Of a stretch of 64,000 nt of DNA, positions 19,187 through 28,959 are shown piece after piece. The stretch comes from Acidobacteriota bacterium (lineage in GTDB: Bacteria; Acidobacteriota; Blastocatellia; RBC074), in NCBI GenBank assembly GCA_031423495.1, contig JANPFP010000152.1, positions 2,168 through 66,167 of the forward strand, given 5' to 3'. Below the pieces are notes generated by a model. That model searched no databases and was not told the DNA's origin. It saw nothing but the letters and a program-made list of their open reading frames with translations. Numbering within the stretch: position 1 is the stretch's first letter; every line of letters starts with the position of its first letter. A program made the position numbers and the translations under genes.

Positions 19187-19475
19187 TTTTATACGTTCCC
19201 GAAAGGGCGCGATTCATTAGTTCAACGTCAGCTCCAGAAGCGTTGTTACGTTATGCAGAAGCGATTTACTCCAACAGTAACTAGCTAGCCACGAGAGCCA
19301 ATCGGCATCGTGGCGTTAATCTGTGTAACAACCGCTGACGTAGGACCTTACCTAAAGCAGATCAATCTATATTTTCCGTACTTTTGCGGATAGCTTTTGG
19401 GACTGTCCTTACTACAGCAAATTGTAGTCAATGTAGCTGTGTGTAAAGGCACGGCATCCCGAAAGAGAGACAGCA

Positions 19476-21434
19476 GTGAGCGAAGTTCAATCCATATCGG
19501 CTTTCGAAGCCATCAAGCAACAAGACCGCGAGGCCGCCAAAAAGGCCATAGCCGCGCGACTGTTTCGCAACGGCATTAAGCACGATGAACCGGTTGATTT
19601 GAGTTATGTGCTGCAAGCCGACGAGCGCGTCGAAGCGATTACACCGGACGCAGGCGACGAGGCGCTCGACGTGTATCGTCATTCGACCGCGCACTTGTTA
19701 GCGGCGGCGGTGCTGGATTTATATCCGGGAACGCAACTCGGCATTGGCCCTTCGTTGTTGGGCGATCCGAAGGGCGGGTTCTATTACGATTTCGTGCGGC
19801 CTGACGACGCGCGCTTCACGCCGGACGATTTGCCGAAGATCGAGAAGAAGATGCGCGACCTCATCAAGCGCAATCTCGAATACAAGCGCGTGACAATGAC
19901 GAAGGCCGAGGCCGCCGAGAAATTCAAAGCCTTGGGCGAACCGCTCAAGTGCGAGTTGATCGAAGACAAAGCGGGCGCGACGGTTAGTTGTTACACGATT
20001 GAAGGCACGCCGTTTGTTGATTTCTGTTTAGGCCCACACATTCCTTCTACGTCAAAGATCAAAGCCATCAAGTTGCTTTCGCTCGCCGGAGCGCATTGGA
20101 AAGGCGACGAGACACGTCCGCAAATGCAGCGCATTTACGGCACGTCGTTCTTTTCACAGGAAGACCTCGACGAGTGGATCAAGCAAAAAGAAGAAGCTGA
20201 AAAGCGCGATCATCGCCGCCTCGGCAATGAGTTAGATTTGTTCAGCTTCAGCGATGCGATTGGGCCGGGCTTGGTGTTGTGGCATCCGAACGGCGCGCTG
20301 ATTCGCAAGGTCATTGAGCAGTATTTGAATGAAGAGCTTTATCGGCGCGGCTACAGTTTTGTGAATACGCCGCACGTCACGCAATCGGAATTGTTCAGGA
20401 TTTCAGGCCACTTGGAACATTACCAGGAAGGCTTGTATCCGCCGATGAAAGACAAAGAAAACGAGCAGATCGAATATCGGATGAAGCCGATGAACTGCCC
20501 GTTTCACATTCAAATTTTCAAAGCCAAGCAGCGTTCTTACCGTGACTTGCCGCAGCGTTATGCTGAATACGGCATGGTTTATCGTTACGAACGTTCGGGC
20601 GTGACACACGGGCTGATGCGCGCGCGCGGCTTCACGCAAGACGACGCGCACTTGTTCTGTACGCCTGACCAACTCAAAGACGAAGTCGTCGGCTGTCTTG
20701 ATTTGGTAGACGCGGTGTTCAAGGCGTTCGGCTTTACCTATAAAGCTGAACTCTCAGTTCGTCACGCGACTGATCGCAGCAAGTACATTGGTGCTGACGA
20801 TGTCTGGGAACTCGCCGAAAAAGCCTTGACCGATGGGCTGAATGAATACGGCTTGCCTTATGTGCGGATGGAAGACGAAGCGGCGTTTTACGGGCCGAAG
20901 ATTGACTTCAAAGTCGTAGACGCCATCAAACGCACATGGCAGCTTTCGACGATTCAGGTAGATTTCACGCTGCCGCAACGTTTCGGGATTGAATACATCG
21001 GCGCTGACAATGCGCGGCATCAGCCGATCATGGTGCATCGCGCGATCTTGGGTTCGTTTGAACGCTTCTTTGGCATCTTGATCGAACATTACGCCGGAGC
21101 TTTTCCCGTGTGGCTCGCGCCGGTGCAAGCGGTCGTGCTGCCGATTTCAGATAAGTTCAACGAACGCGCGGCGCAAATCGAGGCCGAACTCAAAGCCGCC
21201 GGGCATCGCATCGCGCTTGATGGGCGTAGCGAAAAGATCGGCGCGAAGATTCGTGACGCGCAACTCAAGAAGATTCCTTTCATGCTGATCGTCGGCGAGA
21301 AAGAAGCGGAAGCGGGCACGGTGGCGGTACGCGACAAAGTGAAAGGCGACATCGGCGCAATGCCCGTCGCCGAATTCAGCGCGCGGCTCAAAGAATTGAG
21401 CGATACGCGCGCGTTGGCAACCTATAGTGATTGA
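19476..21434 (+). CDS. thrS: Threonine--tRNA ligase
   Basis: [67 protein letters not shown] and an anticodon-binding C-terminus. Confidence 0.98.
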   Translation: MSEVQSISAFEAIKQQDREAAKKAIAARLFRNGIKHDEPVDLSYVLQADERVEAITPDAGDEALDVYRHSTAHLLAAAVLDLYPGTQLGIGPSLLGDPKGGFYYDFVRPDDARFTPDDLPKIEKKMRDLIKRNLEYKRVTMTKAEAAEKFKALGEPLKCELIEDKAGATVSCYTIEGTPFVDFCLGPHIPSTSKIKAIKLLSLAGAHWKGDETRPQMQRIYGTSFFSQEDLDEWIKQKEEAEKRDHRRLGNELDLFSFSDAIGPGLVLWHPNGALIRKVIEQYLNEELYRRGYSFVNTPHVTQSELFRISGHLEHYQEGLYPPMKDKENEQIEYRMKPMNCPFHIQIFKAKQRSYRDLPQRYAEYGMVYRYERSGVTHGLMRARGFTQDDAHLFCTPDQLKDEVVGCLDLVDAVFKAFGFTYKAELSVRHATDRSKYIGADDVWELAEKALTDGLNEYGLPYVRMEDEAAFYGPKIDFKVVDAIKRTWQLSTIQVDFTLPQRFGIEYIGADNARHQPIMVHRAILGSFERFFGILIEHYAGAFPVWLAPVQAVVLPISDKFNERAAQIEAELKAAGHRIALDGRSEKIGAKIRDAQLKKIPFMLIVGEKEAEAGTVAVRDKVKGDIGAMPVAEFSARLKELSDTRALATYSD

Positions 21435-21501
21435 AGATTTGAGATGGCAGATGGCAGATTCAATTTCTGCAATCTGCCATCTGCAATCCTCAATCTGCAA
21501 T
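21430..21501. repeat. Heptamer (GATGGCA/TGCCATC) tandem hairpin between thrS and infC
   Basis: gatggcagatggcagatt ... aatctgccatctgcaatc. Confidence 0.6.
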
Positions 21502-21520
21502 TTTTTCAGGGGGTGTTTCT

Positions 21521-22327
21521 ATCAACAGCGGATTCAATCGTGGCGGCGGCTGGCAGCGCCGTGACAATCGTGGGCCTTCGGTGCGCACCAACGAGCGCAT
21601 TCGGGTCAAAGAGATTCGTGTCATTGACGACGAAGGCGAGCAACTCGGCGTGATGACGCCCTTTGAGGCGATCAAAATCGCGCGCTCACGCGGTCTCGAC
21701 CTAGTCGAAGTCGCTCCGGCTGCGCAACCGCCCGTGTGTCGCATCATTGATTTTGGCAAGTACCAATACGAAGCGAAAAAGAAAGCGCACGAAGCGAAAA
21801 AGAAACAGGTCGTTATCGAAGTCAAAGAGATCAAGTTCCGTCCCGCCACCGACGATCACGACTACAATTTCAAGACGAAGCACGCGCAGGAAATTTTGCA
21901 GGACGGCAACAAGGTCAAAGCGACCGTACGCTTTCGCGGACGCGAAATTACCCACAAAGAGTTGGGCATGAGGTTGCTGGTTCGTCTCGAAAAGGATTTG
22001 CTTGAATTCGGTCTCATTGAAGTCCGCCCGAAAGTCGAAGGCATGATGATGACCGCGATTTTCGCGCCGAAAAAAGTCGAGAAGCCGCAAGAGAAACCGA
22101 AACCCAAACCGCCCCGTGAACCCAAACCGCCAGCGAGTGCAGCACCAGCAAGTGTTGCGCCTGTGAGCATCGCTCCGGCGAGTGAACCGGCAGCGAGTGC
22201 CGCTCCGGTGAGTGAACCTGCAGTGAGTGCCGCTCCGGTGAGTGAACCGGCAGCGAGTGCCGCTCCGGTGAGTGAACCAGTTATTGAACCAGTGGCAGCG
22301 GTCAGCATTACTGAACCGACCGCCTAA
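21521..22327 (+). CDS. infC: Translation initiation factor IF-3 with non-AUG start and Ala/Pro/Ser/Glu-rich C-terminal extension
   Basis: [52 protein letters not shown]. An in-frame ATC at 21521 sits 7 nt after an AGGGGG SD; the ORF track start is GTG at 21581. Confidence 0.95.
   Translation: MNSGFNRGGGWQRRDNRGPSVRTNERIRVKEIRVIDDEGEQLGVMTPFEAIKIARSRGLDLVEVAPAAQPPVCRIIDFGKYQYEAKKKAHEAKKKQVVIEVKEIKFRPATDDHDYNFKTKHAQEILQDGNKVKATVRFRGREITHKELGMRLLVRLEKDLLEFGLIEVRPKVEGMMMTAIFAPKKVEKPQEKPKPKPPREPKPPASAAPASVAPVSIAPASEPAASAAPVSEPAVSAAPVSEPAASAAPVSEPVIEPVAAVSITEPTA
22171..22279 (+). repeat. 30-bp coding tandem repeat (about 3.6 copies, [10 protein letters not shown]) in the IF3 tail
   Basis: cgctccggtgagtgaacc recurs with period 30 at 22171, 22201, 22231 and 22261. 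Confidence 0.9.
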
Positions 22328-22391
22328 CAGATTTATCAAACTAACGGCAATTCACTTTGCCGCATTATTAGCATCATTAAAGGGAGGATTT

Positions 22392-22595
22392 ATGCCTAAA
22401 CTGAAAACACACAAAGGCGCGGCGAAACGCTTTCGCGTAACCGCGACCGGCAAGATCAAGCGCGGACATTCGCACGCGCGCCACATCCTGACCAAGAAGT
22501 CTGCCAAGCGGAAACGCCAGCTCGACATTGACGGATTGGTTTCGGACAGCGATCAAAAACGCGTAGAGGCTATGTTGCCTTACGGTCGCAAGTAA
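22392..22595 (+). CDS. rpmI: 50S ribosomal protein L35
   Basis: [24 protein letters not shown], 67 aa, after a GGAGG SD. Confidence 0.97.
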   Translation: MPKLKTHKGAAKRFRVTATGKIKRGHSHARHILTKKSAKRKRQLDIDGLVSDSDQKRVEAMLPYGRK

Positions 22596-22647
22596 TGTGG
22601 CGTGAGCCATCGAGAATTGAACATTTAAGCATTCATGGAGAGTAACT

Positions 22648-23727
22648 ATGCCTCGCGCAAAACGTGGGAGTAAGCGCTTAGACAAGCGCAAAAAACTAGA
22701 GAAACTGTCGTCTGGCTATCGTGGGACGAAAAGCAAACTTTATCGCCAGATGCGCGAATCAGTGCAACGTGCGCTGAAATTCGCTTATGTCGGACGCAAA
22801 CTCAAAAAGCGTGATTTTCGTTCGCTGTGGATTGTGCGCATCGGCGCGGCGGCGCGTACCAATGGCTTGAATTACAGCCAGTTCATGCACGGCCTCAAAC
22901 TCGCCGACATCGAATTGGATCGCAAAATTCTGTCAGACCTCGCGGTGAATAACCCCGAAGCCTTCGCTGATTTGGCGGGACAAGCCAAAGCGGCGCTCGC
23001 CAAGGCGGGCGATCCGGTTGGGGCGAAAGTGGCTCCGGCTCCGGCGGGCAAGACGGCTCCGATTGCGGGCCAGGGAATTACGCCGAAAGCTGCGGCTGCC
23101 CCCAAAGCTCCGAAAGCCGTCGTGCCAGTGCCAGTTGCTAAAGCTGCTGCGCCAGTGGTTGAAGCTGCGCCAGTGGTCGAAGCCGCGCCCGCAGTTGAAG
23201 CTGCGCCAGTGATTGAAGCCGCGCCAGTGGTTGAAGCCGCGCCAGTGGTTGAAGCTGCTGCACTTGCTACGGCAGCGATTGAAGTCGGTGCGACGCAACC
23301 GTTGGCGGCAGTTGATACCGCTGCGACGGGGCGTCTGTCTGACCTGACGCGCATCGCCGACCTCAACGCCGAAGACGATCAAAAGCTCAATGCCACCGGC
23401 ATCTGGCTTTGCGCTGAACTGCTTGAAAAAGGCGCTGACCAAGCAGGACGCGCTTCGATTGCGAGCGAATCCGGTCTGGATGAGAAAAACATCCTGCGCT
23501 GGGTTAATCAGGTAGACCTGTTCAGCCGCATTCCCGGCGTCAGCGAAAAGCATGCTGACTTGCTGGAAAAAGCTGGTGTAGACACCGTGGTCGAACTGGC
23601 GACACGCGTGCCCGCCAACTTGCACGCCAAACTGGTCGAGACCAACGCGGAACTCGCGCCTTCGGCAGAAGAAGTCGAAAGCTGGGTCGCCCAAGCCAAA
23701 GAGTTGCCGCGCGTGATTACGCACTAA
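22648..23727 (+). CDS. rplT: 50S ribosomal protein L20 fused via an Ala/Pro/Val/Glu linker to a DUF4332-like (HhH) domain
   Basis: The N-terminal ~120 aa is L20 ([38 protein letters not shown]). There is no stop, then AAPVVE repeats, then [17 protein letters not shown]...[14 protein letters not shown]...[14 protein letters not shown]. Confidence 0.93.
   Translation: MPRAKRGSKRLDKRKKLEKLSSGYRGTKSKLYRQMRESVQRALKFAYVGRKLKKRDFRSLWIVRIGAAARTNGLNYSQFMHGLKLADIELDRKILSDLAVNNPEAFADLAGQAKAALAKAGDPVGAKVAPAPAGKTAPIAGQGITPKAAAAPKAPKAVVPVPVAKAAAPVVEAAPVVEAAPAVEAAPVIEAAPVVEAAPVVEAAALATAAIEVGATQPLAAVDTAATGRLSDLTRIADLNAEDDQKLNATGIWLCAELLEKGADQAGRASIASESGLDEKNILRWVNQVDLFSRIPGVSEKHADLLEKAGVDTVVELATRVPANLHAKLVETNAELAPSAEEVESWVAQAKELPRVITH
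23146..23253 (+). repeat. 18-bp coding tandem repeat x6 (AAPVVE) in the L20 linker
   Basis: gctgcgccagtggttgaa and variants with period 18. Confidence 0.9.
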
Positions 23728-23732
23728 AGCAT

Positions 23733-23796
23733 GTAGTCCCGCCTTCAGGCGGAATGACTTGAGCATTGAGACCTTCCGCCTGTAAGGCGGGACTAC
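23733..23796. repeat. REP-like inverted pair, family GTAGT(A/C)CCGCCTTCAGGCGG
   Basis: gtagtcccgccttcaggcggaa ... ttccgcctgtaaggcgggactac, immediately followed by a separate hairpin (aaatacccagag/ctctgggtattt, ~23798-23842). Confidence 0.85.
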
Positions 23797-23843
23797 GAAC
23801 ACAAATACCCAGAGCTTGGCGACAATCTCTGGGTATTTGTTTC

Positions 23844-24890
23844 ATGAACCCTATGACTGAAAGTCTCACACAATTACGCGCTGAGTTCGCTGCTGAACTC
23901 GCTGCTGTTTCTGCTGAAGCTGACGCCAACGCCTTGCGTGACCGTTGGTCAGGCCGCAAGGCCGGACTCATCACCGCCGAGATGAAAACCCTCGGCAAGC
24001 TCGCGCCCGAAGACCGGAAGGCCGCTGGCGAACAACTCAATGAACTCAAAGGCGAAGTCGAATCCGAAATTGATAAATTGCTCAATGGATTCGCTGCCGA
24101 GCGCGAAGCCGCGCAACTCGTCGCTGAACGCATTGACGTGACGTTGCCCGGACGCCGCCTTGCCGCCGGACATTTGCACCCGATCACGTTGTTGCGCCAG
24201 CGCATCGAAGACATCTTCGTTTCGATGGGTTACGAGATCGAAGACGGCCCCGAAATCGAAACCACATTTTATAACTTCACCGCGTTGAACATTCCCGACA
24301 ATCATCCGGCGCGCAGCCCGCAAGATACGTTTTATCTGGCGGGCGACAATGCTGAAACGCTTTCGCTGCGGTCACAGACTTCGACGATGCAAATTCACGC
24401 GATGCAAAAGCGGCGTCCACCCTTACGCGTAGCCGCTCCTGGTCGCGTATTCAGACGCGATACGCCGGACGCTACGCATAATCCGATGTTCTATCAGGTC
24501 GAAGGCTTGCTAGTGGATAAAGGCATTACGCTCGGCGACCTCAAAGGCACGGTCGAAGAATTCGTCCGCCGTTTGTTCGGGCCTGACACGCAAACGCGCT
24601 TTCGGCCTTCTTATTTTCCCTTTGTCGAACCGGGCGCAGAGATTGATTACACCTGTTTCAAATGCCACGGCGACGGTTGCCGCGTCTGCAAGCAATCCGG
24701 CTGGATCGAAATGGGCGGCTCCGGCATGGTTCATCCCAACGTGCTGCGCGGCGTGAACATTGATCCTGAAATTTATTCGGGCTTTGCTTTTGGTTTAGGT
24801 TTGGATCGCCTCTGCGCGTTGATGTACGGGCTAGATGACATTCGCCTGTTGTATGAAAACGACGTGCGGTTTTTAGAACAGTTCGCTTGA
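23844..24890 (+). CDS. pheS: Phenylalanine--tRNA ligase alpha subunit
   Basis: [59 protein letters not shown]. Confidence 0.97.
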   Translation: MNPMTESLTQLRAEFAAELAAVSAEADANALRDRWSGRKAGLITAEMKTLGKLAPEDRKAAGEQLNELKGEVESEIDKLLNGFAAEREAAQLVAERIDVTLPGRRLAAGHLHPITLLRQRIEDIFVSMGYEIEDGPEIETTFYNFTALNIPDNHPARSPQDTFYLAGDNAETLSLRSQTSTMQIHAMQKRRPPLRVAAPGRVFRRDTPDATHNPMFYQVEGLLVDKGITLGDLKGTVEEFVRRLFGPDTQTRFRPSYFPFVEPGAEIDYTCFKCHGDGCRVCKQSGWIEMGGSGMVHPNVLRGVNIDPEIYSGFAFGLGLDRLCALMYGLDDIRLLYENDVRFLEQFA

Positions 24891-24899
24891 GGTTTAACG

Positions 24900-25340
24900 A
24901 TGCACACACTCATCAACGAATTCGCGCAAACCATCGCTGAGAATTACACGAAGCTCGCGCTTATCACGAATGCAGACGCGACTGCCCCGCGCGCCGCAGG
25001 GAAGTGGTCGCCCAAAGAAATCATCGGACACCTGATTGATTCCGCCGCGAACAACCATCAGCGGTTCGTACGCGCGCAGCTTTATGACAATTACGATTCG
25101 TTGGGGTACGAGCAGGAACGGTGGGTGGCGGTGCAAGCCTATCAAGACGCTGCGTGGCAGGAATTGCTGACGTTGTGGAAGGCTTATAACGAACACCTCG
25201 TCCGCATCCTCGCGCTGATTCCCGATGACCAACTTAGTCGCACCTTTCGCATCGCGGGCGGTGAACCGGTGACGCTGGATTATTGGGTCGAAGATTATTT
25301 GCGGCATATGCAAAACCACCTGAAGCAGATATTGAATTGA
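24900..25340 (+). CDS. DinB family protein
   Basis: GKWSPKEIIGHLIDSA..NHQRF and a C-terminal YLRHMQNHLKQI His motif. Confidence 0.88.
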   Translation: MHTLINEFAQTIAENYTKLALITNADATAPRAAGKWSPKEIIGHLIDSAANNHQRFVRAQLYDNYDSLGYEQERWVAVQAYQDAAWQELLTLWKAYNEHLVRILALIPDDQLSRTFRIAGGEPVTLDYWVEDYLRHMQNHLKQILN

Positions 25341-25347
25341 AGCGCTT

Positions 25348-25992
25348 ATGAGTTTGCCTGACCTGACCATTGAAAGGCTTCGTGCTGAAGCGGCGAATTT
25401 TTCGCGGCAGGAATCGCTGCATGGCGAGCCTTCGTTGTTTGGCGTGACGGATGGCAAGGCGATTGGCACATATCTCGAACAGAAGTTCAGGCGCTTCTTA
25501 CAGCAACGCTATCAGTTCGTGGCAGGCAGTTCTGCGAACGGGATTGATTTCCCTGCGTTGCTGGTTGATCTCAAAGTTACGAGCGTTCGCCAGCCGCAAT
25601 CGTCTTGCCCTTATAAATCGGCGCGGCAAGCGATTTACGGGTTGGGTTATGGCCTGTTGGTTTTTGTTTATGACAAGACGGACGATGCCGAGACGCGAAC
25701 AGCGCAGTTAAAAATTTTCCATACGATTTTTATCGAAACGGAACGTACAGGCGATGAGCAAACGACGCGCGGCTTGCGACGTATTTTGGCGAACGAAGGA
25801 AATTGTGACGATGTGATGGCGTTTCTATTGGAAAGATATTTGGTCGCAGACGAGACAGAGGCTGAACCGTTAGCTAACGAGATTTTGAACACGCTTCCTG
25901 AGCAAGGTTTTTATCCGACTCCGGTTCGGGTGCAATTGTGGGAACCTCTCAGTCGGATGGCGAGTGTGACGATATCGCTGAACTTTTTGTAA
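25348..25992 (+). CDS. Putative type II restriction endonuclease (PD-(D/E)xK), possibly C-terminally truncated; no methyltransferase nearby
   Basis: GVTDGKAIGTYLEQKF, GIDFP.LLVDLKVTS.RQPQSSCP(Y)KSARQ (D...DxK motif). The sequence after QGF does not resemble the family tail as I recall it. Confidence 0.6.
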   Translation: MSLPDLTIERLRAEAANFSRQESLHGEPSLFGVTDGKAIGTYLEQKFRRFLQQRYQFVAGSSANGIDFPALLVDLKVTSVRQPQSSCPYKSARQAIYGLGYGLLVFVYDKTDDAETRTAQLKIFHTIFIETERTGDEQTTRGLRRILANEGNCDDVMAFLLERYLVADETEAEPLANEILNTLPEQGFYPTPVRVQLWEPLSRMASVTISLNFL

Positions 25993-26081
25993 TTGGAGGT
26001 TGGAATAAGGAACCCGATCAGCCCTTGCAATCAAAGCAACGCGTTGCTCAAAAGTGAAGAGATCGAACAGCAAGTCCATGT

Positions 26082-28181
26082 ATGAAGATTAGTTATAACT
26101 GGCTCAAAGAATTTGTAGACATCAACCTCGCTCCGCGCGAACTCGCCGAGCGGCTGACGATGGTTGGCCTCGCCGTGGACGCCGTTGAAACGCACGGCGA
26201 CGATGCTGTGTTGGAAATAGACTTGACCTCCAATCGGCCTGATTGCTTGTCACATCTGGGCGTAGCGCGCGAGGTCTTCGCCATCGTTGGCATCGTCGGG
26301 CAGCCGATGAAATTCATGAGCGCAAGCGGAAAGCAAGGCGATGCGGCGTTAAAGACCGCTGAACTCACAAGCGTTGAAATCACTGCGCCGGAATTGTGTC
26401 CGCGTTATACGGCGCGATTGATTCGCGGCGTGAAGGTCAAACCTTCGCCGGAGTGGTTGGTTAAGCGTTTGGAAGTGATGGGGCAGCGCAGCGTGAATAA
26501 CATCGCGGACATTACGAATTACGTGATGCTGGCGTTGGGGCAGCCGCTGCATGCTTTTGATTTCGAGATGCTCAAGGGCAAGCGCATCGTAGTTCGTCGC
26601 GCGAGTGAAGGCGAAAAGATCGTTACGCTCGACAAAGAAGAACGTACGTTGACCAGTGCGATGCTGGTGATTGCCGATGCCGAACGTCCGGTGGCGTTGG
26701 GCGGCATCAAGGGCGGCGAAGATTCGGGTATTACCGACAAGACCGTAGACGTGTTGTTAGAGGCAGCGTATTTCACGCCCGCGCCGATTCGGGCTACGTC
26801 AAAGGCTTTGGGGTTGGCGACTGAGGCTTCTTATCGTTATGAACGCGGCACTGACCCTGAGATTGTCGCGGTGGCTTCTGACACGGCGGCGTGGCTGATT
26901 GCGGAACTCGCGGGCGGCACGGTGTCTGATGAATTGATTGACGTATATCCAGGCCAAGACGCGCTGTCGGCGAAACGCAAATCCGTCACGATGCGGCTCG
27001 CGCGTTATCGTGCGTTGACGGGGTTGGACGTTGAATTGAATGAAGCCGCGCGCATTCTCACGGCGTTGGGAATGGATTCAACCGTTGATGAAACTGCGCA
27101 ATCGTTGACGGTGCAGTCGCCTTCGTGGCGTATAGACATCGGCATCGAAGAAGACCTGATCGAAGAAGTCGCGCGCATCAACGGCTACGATAAGTTGCAA
27201 ACCAGCTTGCCGGGCAGCGCAGGCGCGGGTTCGTTGTTGCCGGGCGAAACCGAACGCCGCAACGTGCGACGTTCGCTCACGGGCTTGGGTTATCACGAAG
27301 CCGTGAGTTTCAGTTTTGTGAGTGCGGCGAGCGATGCGCTTTTCAGCGAGACGCCGCGCGTACAGTTGAGCAATCCGATTGACGTAGAGTTAGACGTGAT
27401 GCGTACCAATCTGTTGGGCGGCTTGCTCGGCGCGTTGTCGCACAATTTCAATCACGGTTCGCGCAACGTGCGGATGTTTGAATTCGGTAAATGCTTTGCA
27501 GCAGTTGGCGGCGAGCGTCCGATGGAAACGGAGCGGCTGGCTTTGGTGGCGACGGGCGCGCGCAATGCCGACGATTGGCAAGCAGGGAAGACGGCGCTGG
27601 ATTTTTATGACGTGAAAGGTGCGCTCGAAACTTTGCTTGAAACGGCAGGCGTGACGGGCTGGCAATTCACGGCTGACGCGAGCTTGCCTGCACATTTGCA
27701 TCTATATTTGCATCCGGGACGTGCTGCGATAGTATCTCGCGGCGCTGAAGCTTCAAGACAAGTGGGGGGCCATGTAGGCCAACTCCATCCACGCATCGCG
27801 GCGCAATACAAATTCAAACAACCGGTATTTGTGGCGGAACTGGACTTCGGCGCGTTGTTGCAAGCCGAACGTCGCGCGTCGCGTTACCAGCCGCTGCATA
27901 AGTTCCCGCAAGCGCAACGTGACACGGCGTTGCTGATTGATACGACAGTGAATTACGCGGCGCTCGAAGCGGCTTTGTATGATTTGCAGTTGCCCGAACT
28001 CGTCAACGTGCGGTTGTTTGATCGTTACGTGGGCAAGGAACTGCCCGCCGGCAAACACTCGCTGGCGCTTTCGGTGACTTATCGTTTGGCAGAAAAAACC
28101 CTGACCGACGAAGAAGTCAACGCAGCGCACGAGCGCGTGACGATGACCTTGAAGACGCAGTTCGGCGCAGAGATTCGCTGA
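26082..28181 (+). CDS. pheT: Phenylalanine--tRNA ligase beta subunit (lacks the tRNA-binding OB insert, 699 aa)
   Basis: [57 protein letters not shown], and a ferredoxin-fold anticodon domain at the C-terminus. Confidence 0.97.
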   Translation: MKISYNWLKEFVDINLAPRELAERLTMVGLAVDAVETHGDDAVLEIDLTSNRPDCLSHLGVAREVFAIVGIVGQPMKFMSASGKQGDAALKTAELTSVEITAPELCPRYTARLIRGVKVKPSPEWLVKRLEVMGQRSVNNIADITNYVMLALGQPLHAFDFEMLKGKRIVVRRASEGEKIVTLDKEERTLTSAMLVIADAERPVALGGIKGGEDSGITDKTVDVLLEAAYFTPAPIRATSKALGLATEASYRYERGTDPEIVAVASDTAAWLIAELAGGTVSDELIDVYPGQDALSAKRKSVTMRLARYRALTGLDVELNEAARILTALGMDSTVDETAQSLTVQSPSWRIDIGIEEDLIEEVARINGYDKLQTSLPGSAGAGSLLPGETERRNVRRSLTGLGYHEAVSFSFVSAASDALFSETPRVQLSNPIDVELDVMRTNLLGGLLGALSHNFNHGSRNVRMFEFGKCFAAVGGERPMETERLALVATGARNADDWQAGKTALDFYDVKGALETLLETAGVTGWQFTADASLPAHLHLYLHPGRAAIVSRGAEASRQVGGHVGQLHPRIAAQYKFKQPVFVAELDFGALLQAERRASRYQPLHKFPQAQRDTALLIDTTVNYAALEAALYDLQLPELVNVRLFDRYVGKELPAGKHSLALSVTYRLAEKTLTDEEVNAAHERVTMTLKTQFGAEIR

Positions 28182-28183
28182 TC

Positions 28184-28266
28184 GTACAACAACCTTTCCA
28201 GGTTGTTGCGCTCTTCGCAATGGGCCGCTTGATAGACACCCCAGCAACCTGGAAAGGTTGCTGTAC
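28184..28266. repeat. REP-like inverted pair, family GTACAGCAACCTTTCCAGGTTG
   Basis: gtacaacaacctttccaggttgttg ... cagcaacctggaaaggttgctgtac, same family as 12780-12887. Confidence 0.8.
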
Positions 28267-28275
28267 TTTTGAGAG

Positions 28276-28554
28276 ATGATTATGACGGCTACTGGCTTAG
28301 ACAAATTCGCCCATCTCGAAGACAAAATTTATCGCGCGGTCGAACGCTGCAAGATGTTGCAGCAGGAAAAAGAACGGCTCGAACAGGAAAATTCCGCCTT
28401 GCGCAGCAACGTCGGGCAACTCAACGGCGAGCGCGAACACGCTGAGACCAACGTACACAAGCTGCTGGCCGAACGCGATAAGTTGCGTATGAAAGTCGAA
28501 GCCATGCTCGACACGATTGCCGTGTTGGAAATGGAAGCCGAGGTGAAAAAATAA
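28276..28554 (+). CDS. ZapB-like coiled-coil cell division protein
   Basis: Long heptad coiled coil (LEDKIYRAVE...LEQENSALR), located between pheT and zapA. Confidence 0.7.
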   Translation: MIMTATGLDKFAHLEDKIYRAVERCKMLQQEKERLEQENSALRSNVGQLNGEREHAETNVHKLLAERDKLRMKVEAMLDTIAVLEMEAEVKK

Positions 28555-28860
28555 ATGAATCAACGCCCCGCCCAAACTGTGCGCGTAGAAATTTTCAATC
28601 AGATTTACGCGCTGCGTGCTGAAGACGGCGACGCCGAGCGTACGCAGGCGCTGGCTGGCAAAGTAGATAAAACCATGCGTGACATTGCGAAACAATTGGC
28701 TACGGCTGATTCGTTGAAGGTAGCGATTCTGGCCGCGTTGCATCTAGCGGCAGAATTGCAACAGTCGAATGATAAGTACGATGCGTTGAACAGCGATCTC
28801 GCCGCGCGCAGCGCCGAATGCGTTGAAGTACTCGACCAGGTGTTGAAGGCGGGGCGGTGA
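28555..28860 (+). CDS. zapA: Cell division protein ZapA
   Basis: VRVEIFNQIYALR...LAGKVDKTMRDI...KVAILAALHLAAEL. Confidence 0.9.
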   Translation: MNQRPAQTVRVEIFNQIYALRAEDGDAERTQALAGKVDKTMRDIAKQLATADSLKVAILAALHLAAELQQSNDKYDALNSDLAARSAECVEVLDQVLKAGR

Positions 28861-28959
28861 AAAGGCATGGCGAGTCAATAAATTCAGAAGCAATCATCCA
28901 GTGGCGATAAGCGAAAAGCTGAGGCCGCTTTTTTTATGTATTCAAGAAAACCACAAGGA

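Noticed and set aside
25920-26081. Short alternative frames between the REase-like gene and pheT
   Set aside because: No recognisable motif in any frame, so it is treated as unexplained junction DNA.
28861-28959. Expected 6S RNA (ssrS) after zapA
   Set aside because: The gap is only ~75-100 nt with no long interrupted hairpin, too short for 6S. At most it holds a weak terminator-like stem ending in T7.
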